A stretch of DNA of 64,000 nt from Ptychomitrium polyphyllum (lineage: Eukaryota). The position numbers and the translations under genes were made by a program. Positions 23,854 to 35,819 of this stretch are shown in pieces. Positions within the stretch are counted from its first letter, which is position 1, and each line of letters begins with the position of its first letter. The stretch lies in assembly GCA_973851085.1 (NCBI GenBank), contig OZ316776.1:12772001-12836000 (forward strand). The letters are read 5' to 3'. Under the pieces are notes generated by a model. It was not told the DNA's origin, did not search any database, and saw only the letters and a list, made by a program, of their open reading frames with translations.

Positions 23854-26800
23854 TCAATGCCGACGTTGTCTTTTGTTGGAGTTCCTATCCCTTTCAAAGC
23901 GTTCTACCACCTCATTGGCATTTCCCAAGTCCTTGGCTGCTACCCAAGTTGCTTCCTTCTCATGGTACCCTCTCCACTTCATCAAATACTCTTTTCCTAC
24001 TTTCTTGTGGTGCCTACACTTGATAATTCCTTCCACTTCGTATTCCAAGTGGTTGCCTACCAATTCCGGCGGTGGCCAAATCACTTGTTTGCGATTGGGC
24101 CACAAGGTATCTTTTTTAAATGGCTTGAAGAGTGAGACATGAAATGTTGGGTGCACTTTGATTTCGGGTGGTAGCTCCAACTTGTACACATCCTTAAACA
24201 TCCGCTCCACAATGGAATACGGCCCCGCAAACTTGGACATGAACTTTGAAGTGAGGCCTTCGGGCAAGCTAAAGTTCTTCACATTCAACAATACCTTTTG
24301 GCCTACTTCATACTCCACTTCACGTCTTCCGGCATTGACTTGTTTCTCGTACCGCTTTTGTGCCTTTTCCAACAAAAGCTTAGTCTTCTCCAACATCTGT
24401 TCTCGCTTTTTGGCCAAGTCTTCCCCATCTTGGTTAAACTCTAGTGTTGAATGTGTCCCTTCGAGAGCTAAGTCGGCAGGTTGGAGTGGCTCCACTCCAT
24501 AGGCCACATTAAATGGCGACTGCTTTGTCGCCGAATGGTTGGCCGCATTATAACTGAACTCCGCAAGACTCACATATTCCACCCAATCGCACTGGTCCAA
24601 ACTCACAAAGTTCCTCAAGTATTGGTTCAAGACTTCGTTCACTCGTTCCGTTTGCCCATCCGTTTGAGGATGGAAGGCAGTGCTAAAAGTCAATTTGGTT
24701 CCAACTTTCCTAAAGAAATGTTTCCAAAAAGCACTAGTGAATTTTGGATCTCGGTCCGACACAATCACTCTCGGCAACCCGTGGTGTTTCCACCATGCAT
24801 CGAGGAATAGCTTTGCGGTCTCATGTGCAGTTACGGTTCCTCTAGTGGGCACCATGTGCGCCAACTTGCTAAAGCGATCCACCATCATAAAGATGGCATC
24901 ATGCCCTTGCGAATCCGGAAGACTTGTGATGAAGTCCATAGACACGCTATGCCATGGACCCGTCGGAATTGGCAAAGGTTGTAGTAGACCGGCTTGCTTT
25001 TGATAAGAAGCTCTATTCAGCTGGCACTTCACACAAGTTTTCACAAAGTCGGTGATGTCCGCTTTCATGCCCGGCCAATAGTACCTTCTTGACACCGCCG
25101 CTATGGTGGTTTTTTCCCCTCTATGGCCGGCTATGGGACTATCCTGTTCTTCTTTTAAAACCAACAACCGTAGTTTTCCTTGAGGCACATACACCCGACT
25201 TTGTTTGTACTTGAGCAATCCCTTCTCCAATTTAATTTCCTTAAGTTTCTTACTCTTCTTAAGCTCGCCGAGAAGCCTTTATGCTTCGGAGTCCTTCATG
25301 TACCCCTCTCTTATCTTCCTTTCCAAATTGCCTTCTCCCTTGTACATTACTCGCAGGACTTGGGTTGTGCCCATCACTTGCAACTCCTCCCGCCTACTTA
25401 GAGCATCCGGCACTACATTGTCACGCCCCGGCTTGTGGATCAAATCCACATTCATGAGTGCTAAGGTGTCATGCCACCTCAATTGTTTTGCACTCATTTG
25501 TGCCTGCGACTCAAAGTATTTCAAGGACACGTTGTCCGTGTAGACTTTGGTTTTATATAGGCCCAAGTAGTGCCGCCATGTTTTCAAACAATGCACTACG
25601 GCAAAGAGTTCTTTCTCGTGCGTGGGCCATCTCTTCTGGCACCCATCCAACTTCATGCTCTCACAGGCAATTGGCATGCCTTCTTGCATGAGCACTCCGC
25701 CAATGGCAAAGTCACTTGCATCCGTGTGGACCTCAAAGGGCTTTTCAAACTCGGGGATCTTCAATACCGGCGGTTGTGACAACTTATCCTTGAGTTTTTG
25801 AAAAGCTTGGTGACAAAATCCATCCCATACTTGGCTAGCTCCTTTCTTCAACAAATCGGACAAAGGTCTAGCAATTTTGGAGAAGTTGCGTATGAACCTC
25901 CTATAATAATTTGCTAGGCCAAGAAATGATCTCAGCCCCTTTTGTGTAGAAGGTTGTTTCCACTCTATAATTGCCTTTATCTTCCTTATGTCCGGCTTGA
26001 TTCCATCATCCGTCACTATATGGCCCAAGAACTCAATCTCAAGTTGTGCAAACTCACTCTTTTCTCCGTTGGCATAAAGCTTGTGGTCCCTAAGTTTTTG
26101 AAGCACCACTTTGAGGTGCCTTGCATGTTCTTCCGCCGACTTGGAGTACACCAAGATGTCATCAATATAAACAATGACAAAGTCATCCATCTCTTCTCGA
26201 AAGATGGTATTCATGAGGGTCGTGAACGTCAAAGGAGCATTACACAACCCGAATGGCATCACCAAAAATTCATAGGACCCATACCTAGTACGGCATGCGG
26301 TCTTTAGCACATCTTCATCCGCAATGCGGATTTGATAGTAGCCCGACTTCAAGTCTATCCGACTAAAGTATTTAGCTCCCGCCAATCTATCAAAGAGGTC
26401 ATCAATCCGAGGGAAAGGATAGTTGTTCTTGATGGTGGCTTTATTCAAGGCTCTATAGTCAACACACATGCGAAGCTTGCCATCCTTTTTGTCTACGAAG
26501 AGGACCGGTGCTCCATATGGCGACTTACTTGGCCTAACATAGCCTCTTTCCAACAAGTCATTCAATTGCTTCTTCAACTCGTCTAGCTCTTTTTGGTTCA
26601 ACCGGTATGGAGCCTTAGAAGGGGGCTCCGTTCCCGGTATCACTTCAATTTTGTAATCCACTTCTCTTCTTGGCGGTAACTCTGCGGGCAACTCATTGGT
26701 GAGCACATCCTTGTAACCACTTAGTACATTTTGAATGCACTTGGGAATAGTCGTAACCTCCTTAGCACTTGGCCTATTCTCCTCTTCTTGCTCCATTCGC

Positions 26801-28484
26801 ATCACAACCATAAATTGATTATTTTCTAGTTGTTCTAAGGAGACTAAGTTCAACTTGCCTCCCGCAACCATAGGAGTCCTAGTCAACTTCAATATTGTCT
26901 CTTTCCCACCACGGCGCACTACTAACCGTGCTGGCTTTCGCTTCACATCCACCACATGAGTTTCAAAAAAGGTATCACCTAAAATGAGGTCTACCTCATC
27001 CATCTCACATAGTGTAAAGCTTTCCTTCAACTCCAATGTTCCACTGCTTAAGGCCACATCCAACACCACCTTCTTCGTCTCGTACGGTTTGCCTTTTGTA
27101 AATCGCACGTTGATGGGCTTGCTAGCTTTTTGAGCCGACAAGCCCAATTCCCTTGCTAGCTTGGGACTCATGAAGGAGTGCGTTGCCCCTGTGTCAATCA
27201 AACATGAAACATTTTTGCCATTTATTTGGGCCTCAAGGTATAAGAGACTCGACCTTGGCTTAAGGCTACTAGCCTTGGCCACAAATCCACCTTCTAAAAT
27301 GTGATCCACAACACAAGTGTGACAAGCTTTGGTACTCACCTTTTTATCGGGGCACTCCGCAATGAAGTGACCAATCTTGCCACACCCGTGGCAATGCTTG
27401 TGCTTCACCTCAGCACTCTTATTTCCCGATTTGAATGGTTTTCTCTCATGATGGTCCACTTTGTTGTAGGCCCTTCCATCTGCTTGTCCCTTGTGTTTGT
27501 TTCCAAAGCCAAATTTCTTGCGTTCTCCGCCGCGAGATATATTTCGGCTCAATCCACTTTGGTAAGAGGTACTACTTGATTTTCTTTCGGATCCTTTCGG
27601 CTTCAATTCTTTTTGCAATCTTAATGGTTTTCCGCCACATCCTCCAAAAGCTTTGGGAATTTGAACAAGGCGTCCACCACCCACTTTTGAAGCCCACCCA
27701 AAAAGATGCATTTCTTTGAAAACTCATCCATTTTGAATGTGGCATTCATTTGGGCGTTGAAATCTTGCACATAAGTCTTGAGCAACCCGGTGTGCCTCAT
27801 TTGCACCAAGTTCATGCCCTCCTTCAACTCTTGGTATTCCGGAGTGAAGCATTCACTCAAAATCTCTTTAAAATTGACCCAAGACAAAGTTGCCACCAAC
27901 TCCAGCTCTTGCTCCTTTTTACTTGTCCACCATTGAAGAGCATGGTCTTTCAAAAAGGTCACCGCAATTGACACTTTGTCCACCTCCTCCGGCTCTTGAA
28001 CATCATAATAGTTGTTCATTTCCAAAAGAAACTCCTTCACTTTCCTAGCCTTACCTAGCCCAGAAAAAGTGCTGGGCATGTTCACTTTGGCCAACTTCTT
28101 GGTCAAAGATGAGGACCTGGAACCTTGTGCCATCAAGTGCTCAATCAACCTCTCTTGACAGGTCCTTTCTTCTTTGCCACGCTTGAGTTCTTGGTTCACA
28201 CCGTTCATGAACTTGAGCATTTTGATACAAAAACTTAAGTCAGAGTCTTGACTCTCTAGGCCCTCAGGTGGCTCAGGAATCCTAACTCCTGAGTATTCTC
28301 CACCCTCCAACGCTTCGTCTTGTTGGCTTTTCTCAACTTCCTTGGTGATTCCAATGTCATTCCCTTGCTCATTGGAATCAAAGGATGGAGCTTCACTAAT
28401 CGGATCGGGGTCTTTGTTCACCCTTGTGTGTGGTCGCTTAGAGGCCTCGGGCTCACCGCCATCACCGGCTTTCATCTTACCCAT
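23854..28484 (-). pseudogene. Inner-element gag-pol polyprotein, disrupted by a frame change near 27590-27635 and an in-frame TAA at 25279-25281
   Basis: Gag KVNMPSTFSG..FLLEMNNYY; zinc knuckle [14 protein letters not shown]; protease [20 protein letters not shown]; RNase [10 protein letters not shown]; integrase SMDFI..VSDRD..FHPQTDGQTER; GPY motif; chromodomain EYEVEGII..YLMKWRGY..ATW. Confidence 0.93.
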
Positions 28485-28522
28485 CGCCTCCTCGCACCGT
28501 AGCACTTGGATACTCAAAGCCT

Positions 28523-28534
28523 GCTCTGATACCA
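28523..28534 (-). promoter_or_regulatory. Primer-binding site complementary to initiator tRNA-Met
   Basis: Minus strand reads TGGTATCAGAGC, 2 nt from the end of the 5' LTR. Confidence 0.92.
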
Positions 28535-28536
28535 AA

Positions 28537-29680
28537 TGTCGCATCCCTTGCAATGCACCTTAGCAAGCGTCACGCGCGTCAACCCTGTACACCCCCACAT
28601 GCACATGGTTAACCCCCATTATCACTTTCCAAGTCTTTCTATCATTTCTCTTAGGACACCCAATTTATTAGTAGCCAATGATTAGGTGCGGACTTCCATT
28701 CATGTTCAAGGCCTCACTTGGTGTTACTCCCATTCCACACGGCCTAACCGCACTTAGTGGTATCTCCTCACCACCACTCATGATGCCTAAGTGATCCTAA
28801 GATCATCCCGGGCCATCATGGTGCCGGCGTGAAGACACCATCCCAATTTAGTGGTAACAAGCGTACCCTTTTGAACGTGCTAGTTCCCTTCGTGAAACCG
28901 GCCGTCCACCGGCTCACAATGGTGTGGGAGTCCCCGTGGTGAAGCCCCAACACTAGCTCCACCAACCGGGACTTACCCTTGGTCTCTACCGGGACACTAG
29001 GGGAGTGGGGAGGGGGACCAGCCCTCCCTTATAGTACTCTCTGTGGGATTCGGCAGCCCTCTGGCCCTCTGGAGCTAGCTGAACCCCGACACACCTAGAG
29101 TTTTAGAAGACCACCCGATCCCCCTTGGGACTTAGCCGTTGGAAGCCTCCGAGACTCCCAGCGGACCTTTAGGGCGCCATATCTTCCTCATCCGGTGCCC
29201 GAATGTATCAAGCGACTACTCTATCGTCATTTACTCTTTGCGTAGATGCCGATAGACTCCTCAAACGTCCAATTTGAGTTAGTATTGTGGGAGATACGCC
29301 TCTCCCAAGGTTCGGGACTCCCGGGGAGTCCCTCCCTGGACTGTTCCACTCCAGCACAGTCACTGTGTAGGGCTGCCACACTCCAGAACAGCCCCTTGGC
29401 AATCCCAACTTTGGGGTGCCATAACTTTTAGCTCCCATGTCCGATTTGGGCAATCCTTAGCATTCTAGAATCAGCTCTTCATGATTCCTTTAATGCCCAC
29501 AATTTATCCCTCGTGGCCCTCGATCTACATGGACAAGGATGTTTCTCCCCCAAGGGGTCCTTTCCATGTTAGGCCCACTTGGTTCTCCTCACTATTGGCG
29601 CCACAAGTCCCGGACGTCACTTCGGGGTCCCCCTTGTGCCCTTAGTGTTGCGAGCACTTCTCAGGGCGAGGTGCGCGACA
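28537..29680 (-). repeat. 5' LTR of the inner element
   Basis: tgtcgc...gcgaca terminal inverted repeat, 1,144 bp. Confidence 0.95.
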
Positions 29681-29712
29681 CATAGTCTTTCTGTCTTTGA
29701 GATTTTTAAGAA

Positions 29713-30732
29713 ATGGATAATGTGCCTGAAACATCAGAGAATAGGTTTGCAACTATTGCAGACCTTCAAGAGTTATTAAACACAGTTCAAACGGAACTCG
29801 CCCGTTTTAATACCACCAACAATTTGGAATAACATACTCGACAAGCTGAAGAATCTAATGGTGATATTCAAAGCCTATATCAAGAGGTTACTTGATTGCG
29901 AGAGGCCAATATTGGAAGGGAAGATTTACGTCAAACCCATGCAGAGCCAAAAATTAGCATGCCAAACAAATTTGATGGATCAAGATCAAAATTGAAAGGC
30001 TTTGTTCTGCAATTAAGACTCTTTCTTAGTTTGCATCAATCTTGCTATCCTGATGGCACAACTCAAGTGGGATTTGTGGCCACCCTTTTATCAAACAATG
30101 CACTATCGTGGTTTGCACCCCTAATGGAGAAGCAGCCACTATTATTGAACAACTTAGATGTTTTTATAGAAGCATTGACATCTACTTTTGGAGACACCGA
30201 CCGAGAGAGGGTGGCTGAAACAAGGATCCAGAGTTTCCAACAAGGACAGCGTTCAGTTGCTAAATATGCTACAGAGTTTCGACAATTAGTTTGCGACCTT
30301 GATTGGATTGATAAAGCTTTGGTCACACAATTTTGATGGGGCTTAAGAGAGAATGTAAAGGACTTGCTACTCACAATGCCAAGAGTTAAAACATTGGACG
30401 AATTCATCACTCAAGCAATAGCATGTGACAACATGCTATTTGAGAGGCGCCAAGAACAACGCTTGGGATGACAACTAGTATATCAAAGCATGGCTACCAC
30501 TTCTTCAAGAATATTGGAAAGCCAATCACAAGGACCAAAACCTATGCAAATTGATGTTGCCCAGTTCAGACATTTGACTCCAGAAAAAAAAAAAAGGTGT
30601 TGAAGAGAAAACTTATGTTTGTATTGTGGCAAGTCTAGATATAAAGTGCGCGATTGCCAAATTAAAGGATTTGCCTTTAAGGCTCAAAGCACAATGGTGG
30701 AGTTGGAAAACAAGGCTGTCCAGTCACAGTAG
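29713..30732 (+). pseudogene. Outer-element gag (sushi/PEG10-like) with several in-frame stops
   Basis: ATG at 29713; EPKISMPNKFDGSRSKLKGF; ALSWFAPL; PMQID; degenerate zinc knuckle CLYCGKSRYKVRDC; natural TAG at 30730-30732. Confidence 0.85.
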
Positions 30733-30749
30733 GGACCATGCAGCTGGAC
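30705..30749 (+). promoter_or_regulatory. Putative -1 ribosomal frameshift signal at the gag-pol junction
   Basis: G GAA AAC at 30705-30711, 6-nt spacer, stem gtccagt(30718-30724)/gctggac(30743-30749). The -1 frame leads to the protease motif ALLDTGA. Confidence 0.7.
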
Positions 30750-33700
30750 ACCACAAAGAAACCACCATAAAATCAAGGTCTCTTACTACCTTCAAGCCCT
30801 ACTTCTTGTTTTACATTTCCTATCAAAATTAAATTGTTGGATGATGAAATAATTAATGAGGCTCTCTTAGACACTGGTGCAACGACATGTTTTATGGACA
30901 AGGATTTTGCAACCAAACATCACATAGTGATTGTGAAGAAAAAATACCCCGCACTTGTTGAAGTTATTGATGGACGATTTCTTGCGTCTGGCAACGTTAT
31001 TGAAGAAACTCAACTCTTGGAGGTTGTTTTAGGAGACCAGGCATCTAAGATTGTCTTCAACATCATTCAATGCCAAACGAATCCTATTGTTTTGGGCCTT
31101 CTTTGGTTTGAATTACATAATCCAGACATTGACTGGCGCTCACGGAGTATAATCTCAAGGAAAAGACGCCAAAGTACGAGAAATCTTGGACCATCATTTA
31201 TTGAAACTAAGGCATTTATGAGAGCGGCAGAAGATGAACCAATCTATGCCATTTAAACCACGCAATGTCTAGTTCTATAATAAAGACTAATCAAAACATA
31301 CCTTGTCAATATCAAGATTATAAAGACGTTTTTGAAAAGAAGAATGCGGACATGTTACCAAAGCACCGGCCTTACGATTGTACCATTGAGTTGCAAGAAG
31401 GAGCCCAACCACCTTTTGGACCTATTTATAACTTATCACAAACTGAGTTGGTTGCCTTGAGAGAATATATTGATGAGAACCTTGGAAAGGGTTTCATTCA
31501 ACATTCTAAATCACCTGCTGGAGCACCCATTCTATTTGTAAAGAAGAAAGATGGATCATTACGTATGTGCGTGGACTATCGAGGCCTCAATAAAGTAACA
31601 AAAAAGAATCGCTATCCATTACCATTAATCTCAGGACTCCTACAACAACTTGGCCAAGCAAAGATATTCACCAAAATTGATCTTAGAGGAGCCTACAATC
31701 TTATACGCATCAAAGAAGGAGACGAATGGAAGACAGCTTTTCGATCTAGGTATGGTCATTTTGAATACAATGTCATGCCTTTTGGCCTTACTAATGCTTC
31801 CGCAGTCTTTCAACATATGATGAATGATATCTTCCATGAACATTTGGATGATTTTATAGTCATGTACTTAGATAATATTTTGATATATTCAAAGGATGAA
31901 CAAGATGACAAATGTCATGTGTGACTGGTCTTAAAAAAATTACGCCAGCAAGGATTAGATGCCAAATTAGAGAAGTGCCTTTTTTATGAATCATCGGTTG
32001 AATTTTTAGGCTACATCATTTCCAAAGGAGGAATCCATATGGATAAGAAAAAAATAAGCACTGTCATAGAGTGGAGTACGCGAAGATCAATTCGAGATAT
32101 TCAATGCTTCTTGGGATTTGCAAACTTCTACAGGATATTCATCAAGGATTATTCCAAGATTGCAGCACCATTAATCCGTCTTACGGAGAAGCAAAAATTC
32201 ATTTGGGATGAAGAGGCAGAAAAAACATTTCAAAGTCTTAAGAAGTCATTTACGTCGGCTCCAATTCTTATTCATCCAAATCCATCAAAGCCTTTTTATT
32301 TGGAAGTGGTTGCCTCAGATTTTGCGCTTGGCTCGGTACTCTCACAATATGACGAAGATGGGAGACTTCACCCTCTTGCCTTTTGTTCAAGGAAGTTTTC
32401 AGCGGCAGAGATCAACTATGATATACATGATAAAGAACTACTTGCAATTGTGGATGCGTTTGAAGAATGGCGACACTTATTGGAAGAAGCTCAACATACC
32501 ATCACAATAAACACAGACCACAAGAATTTGGAGTATTTCATGAGTGCGCAAGTTTTGAATTGCCGTCAAACAAGGTGGAGTATGTCGCTTTCCAGATTTG
32601 ACTTTGTCATTACTTATCAGCCTGGTAGCTTGCAAGGTAAGTTAGATGCCTTATCTCAAAGATCTTATTTAGTTCCTCAACCTGGAGATGATGTTTTGAA
32701 TCAACAAAGGACTATTTTATTGAAGCCTGAGAATCTTCAATTGAAAGCAGCCATTATTACGACAACATCCCATTTTGACAAAATTTGGAAGGCTTTAAAG
32801 AATGATGTCTTTGTTTCAAATATAAAGAAGCGTCCCAAAGACAATGGAAATCCTTCAAATAGCAATGAGGATTTTGAATTCCAAGAGGGCCTACTTTATT
32901 ATAAAGGACTTTTGTATCTACCTCTAGGCCCTTTGCGGTTGAAGATCCTTCAAATACGTCATGATTTTCCAGCAGTAGGACATTTTGGATTCAATAAAAC
33001 AATAGAGTTGATTGCTAGAGACTATTGGTGGCCAAAAATGTGAAAGTACGTAAAGGACTTTGTTCAATCATGCGACACTTGTGCAAGAGCCAAGATACCA
33101 AGACACCAACCTCATGGTCTCTTCCATCCGTTTCCAGTGCCAAAGGGCCTATAGTTGTCTTTATCAATGGATTTTATCACGGACCTTTCAAATTCCAAAT
33201 CTAAGGATTTTATTTTGGTAGTAGTAGATCGATTTACCAAAATGGCACATTTCATTCCATGCAACAAGACGATAACGAGAGAAGAAACTGCCAAGTTGTT
33301 CCTAAATCACGTCTACCGCATACATGGACTACCAGATGATATTGTATTTGATCGAGGGATGCAGTTCATTTCCAACTTTTGGAAGGCTCTATTCCAGCTG
33401 TTGCGTGTAAAGATTAATCTTTCTTCAACACACCATCCGCAAACTGATGGCCAAACCGAACGTGTAAATCAAATTTTGGAACAGTACTTTTGTTGTAGCA
33501 TAAACTACCAGCAAAACAATTGAATGGACCTCTTGCCTTTGGCAGAATTTGCTTACAACAATACAGTGCATTCTTCAACAACTCAATGTCCATTCATTGC
33601 AAACTATGGCCATCATCCTCAAACAGATCCATTTCAAGTGAAGCATGTTGGAAGTCCTGCAGCAGAGGGTTTTGCAATTCAACTTGCTAAAATCCATCAA

Positions 33701-34216
33701 GAAATTACCTTTCAGTTACAATAAGCTCAAGATCGTTACAAAACTTGTATAGATCGCCATCAAAAGGACCATCCAAAGTTCAAGGTTGGAAATAGCGCAT
33801 GGCTCCTACAACAAAATATACAGACAAAAAGACCATCAAAGAAGTTGGACTATCAAAGGTTGGGACCGTATGAAATCAGCAAACAGATAAATCCGGTTAG
33901 TTATCGCCTAAAGCTACCACCAAGCATGCAAATTCATCCAATATTCCACGTATTGTTGTTGGAAACCTATAACAAATCATGTATACCAGAGAGAATTGTC
34001 CCTCCGCCTCCTCCGCTGGAAATCAATAATGAAATTGAATATGAAGTGGAAGAGATCTTAGATTCACGCATCAAGAACAAACGTGTGAAGTACCTTATAC
34101 ATTGACAAGGATATGGCATCAATGACCAAACATGGGAACCTTCAACAAATGTAACAAATGCATCCAAAAAGGTACTCGAATTTCATCAAAGATATCCTCA
34201 AAAACCAAGTCAATAA
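30705..34216 (+). pseudogene. Outer-element pol (PR-RT-RH-IN-chromodomain), many stops and one frameshift near 31256
   Basis: [33 protein letters not shown]; decayed [44 protein letters not shown]; chromodomain EYEVEEILDSR..YLIH*QGY..TWEP. Confidence 0.93.
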
Positions 34217-34356
34217 TGATATGTCATCAATAGCCGTTAGCTTCACAGAGAAGTTTTTCCTTCGTAGACAAGTGTAAGAAGGGAGGAGAGATATCCAAAC
34301 TTCCAATTGTATGCAGCATTACTTCTAAGATAGATCATTTCTAGATCCTAGCCAGT

Positions 34357-34818
34357 ATGTCAAATCTACATATTATCATGGATATGCATGAAGAGCAGTC
34401 GGCCATGCCTTCATCAACAACAACATCTATTGAGCCAACTCAACTTTCTCAGCCCTTGGTAACGGAGGATCTAAGTCAAGATATGGAAGGGACATCCCAA
34501 CGTCAAGTACGACCTTGTGCAGAAGTATTGACTAGTCGCCCTTCACATTCTATTCTTGATTTAGATGCTCGCGCTCTAGTCATCTTGTTAGAAATTGGAA
34601 GAGTCACTCATGGAGGACTCAAAATCTTGTTTGGAAGATGTTTTGAAGGACTTAATGAAGATCAGATCTTGGGATGGGACATTTCAACAACACAAGTCTT
34701 GGCTGGTGGCCATCGGCGCTTCTTGCAAGGACCAATTGAACCAGTGAACAAAGAACAACGAGTAGAGTATGTTGCTTCACTCCTTCGACAAATTTTGGAA
34801 TTTGTAGAAATGTGGTAA
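34357..34818 (+). CDS. Extra ORF (153 aa) between pol and the PPT of the outer element, unknown product
   Basis: Open frame from ATG 34357 to TAA 34818 in an otherwise stop-riddled element; S/T/Q-rich N-terminal half and a folded-looking C-terminal half. Confidence 0.45.
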   Translation: MSNLHIIMDMHEEQSAMPSSTTTSIEPTQLSQPLVTEDLSQDMEGTSQRQVRPCAEVLTSRPSHSILDLDARALVILLEIGRVTHGGLKILFGRCFEGLNEDQILGWDISTTQVLAGGHRRFLQGPIEPVNKEQRVEYVASLLRQILEFVEMW

Positions 34819-34870
34819 GCAAGCCAAGAAAAGAGCTCCTCATGGGACTCATCGCTAAATGGGGAGGTGA

Positions 34871-35379
34871 TGTCACGGACATAGATCATGCAACATAGTC
34901 CTTAGAACATTCTAGAACCTTCTAGTATACTATAATAGCTTCTTATAATATTTTTAAATGTCTCCTTAATCTTTCCATGTTCTTAGGAAGCTTCTTAGGA
35001 AAGTTCCTCCACCTTAGAAAACTTCCTAAGAAGGTTCCGCTACCTTAGAAATCTTCCAAGGAAGGTTCCAACTTCTTGGAAGACTCTTCGAAAGGTTCCA
35101 ACATTTTAGGAAACTCCTTAGGAAGGTTCCCTAGACTTCCAGAACATTCTTAAGCCTTGTAGGAAACTTCTTTAGAAGTATTCTAGGAGATACAAACATC
35201 ATAGTATAAATAGGAGGCAAGACAAGGTATTCCTTAGTCTTGCCAATACAAGTTGTGGATCATCTTGAATCCTGCCTTGTTCTAATCATTGTATCAACTT
35301 CTTGTTAATTATTAGCTCTTTGGAAGCTGATTCTTGGGAAACACTTCGTTTCTCCTTCTTGTTTCTTGTGTCCCTAACA
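34871..35379 (+). repeat. 3' LTR of the outer element (509 bp)
   Basis: Same termini as the 5' LTR; about five copies of the 31-bp U3 unit. Confidence 0.93.
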
Positions 35380-35819
35380 ATTGGATGGAATTTGAGTGAT
35401 TATACATGAACAATGCAATGGTTAGTAGTTGTTTTCTGAATGGTTAATAGGCCAATCTATCCATGGATTTTTGACTTTTTACAAAAACATCTTGTGAAAA
35501 TTTACAATCATTTAATACACTACACTACAAACTTTATGTCTGATCCACAGGAATTATTGAATAATTTATACAATATTTTCTTAAAAAAACATTCTTCTTT
35601 ATGCTAGCATAGTAGTGGAGTTGGAAACAATAATTGTGATGTCAAATTTATAGACAACTTAACATTTTGCTGACATTTTGCTGTCATTTTGACATTGGAA
35701 TGACACAAAGCAACCTTTCTCATGTGACGTAGAGCAATAGTACACACTGTTGAATTTCATGCAGTACTGTATTTGCAGAGTGTTTGCAGACTCCTACAGC
35801 AAGTGTCTGAGGTACTTAC

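Larger units (their letters stand above)
21920..29680 (-). mobile_element. Inner Ty3/gypsy chromovirus (Galadriel-like), young, inserted antisense into the leader of the outer element
   Basis: 1,144-bp LTRs at 21920-23063 and 28537-29680 with only 4 differences by eye; TSD CATAG (21915-21919, 29681-29685); tRNA-iMet PBS; gag-PR-RT-RH-IN-chromodomain on the minus strand. Confidence 0.97.
21294..35379 (+). mobile_element. Outer Ty3/gypsy chromovirus (Tcn1/Tf1-sushi-like), decayed, interrupted by a nested element
   Basis: TG..CA LTRs at 21294-21710 and 34871-35379; 5-bp TSD ATTGG (21289-21293, 35380-35384); PPT aaatggggaggtga just before the 3' LTR; sushi-like gag followed by PR-RT-RH-IN-chromodomain. 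Confidence 0.95.
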
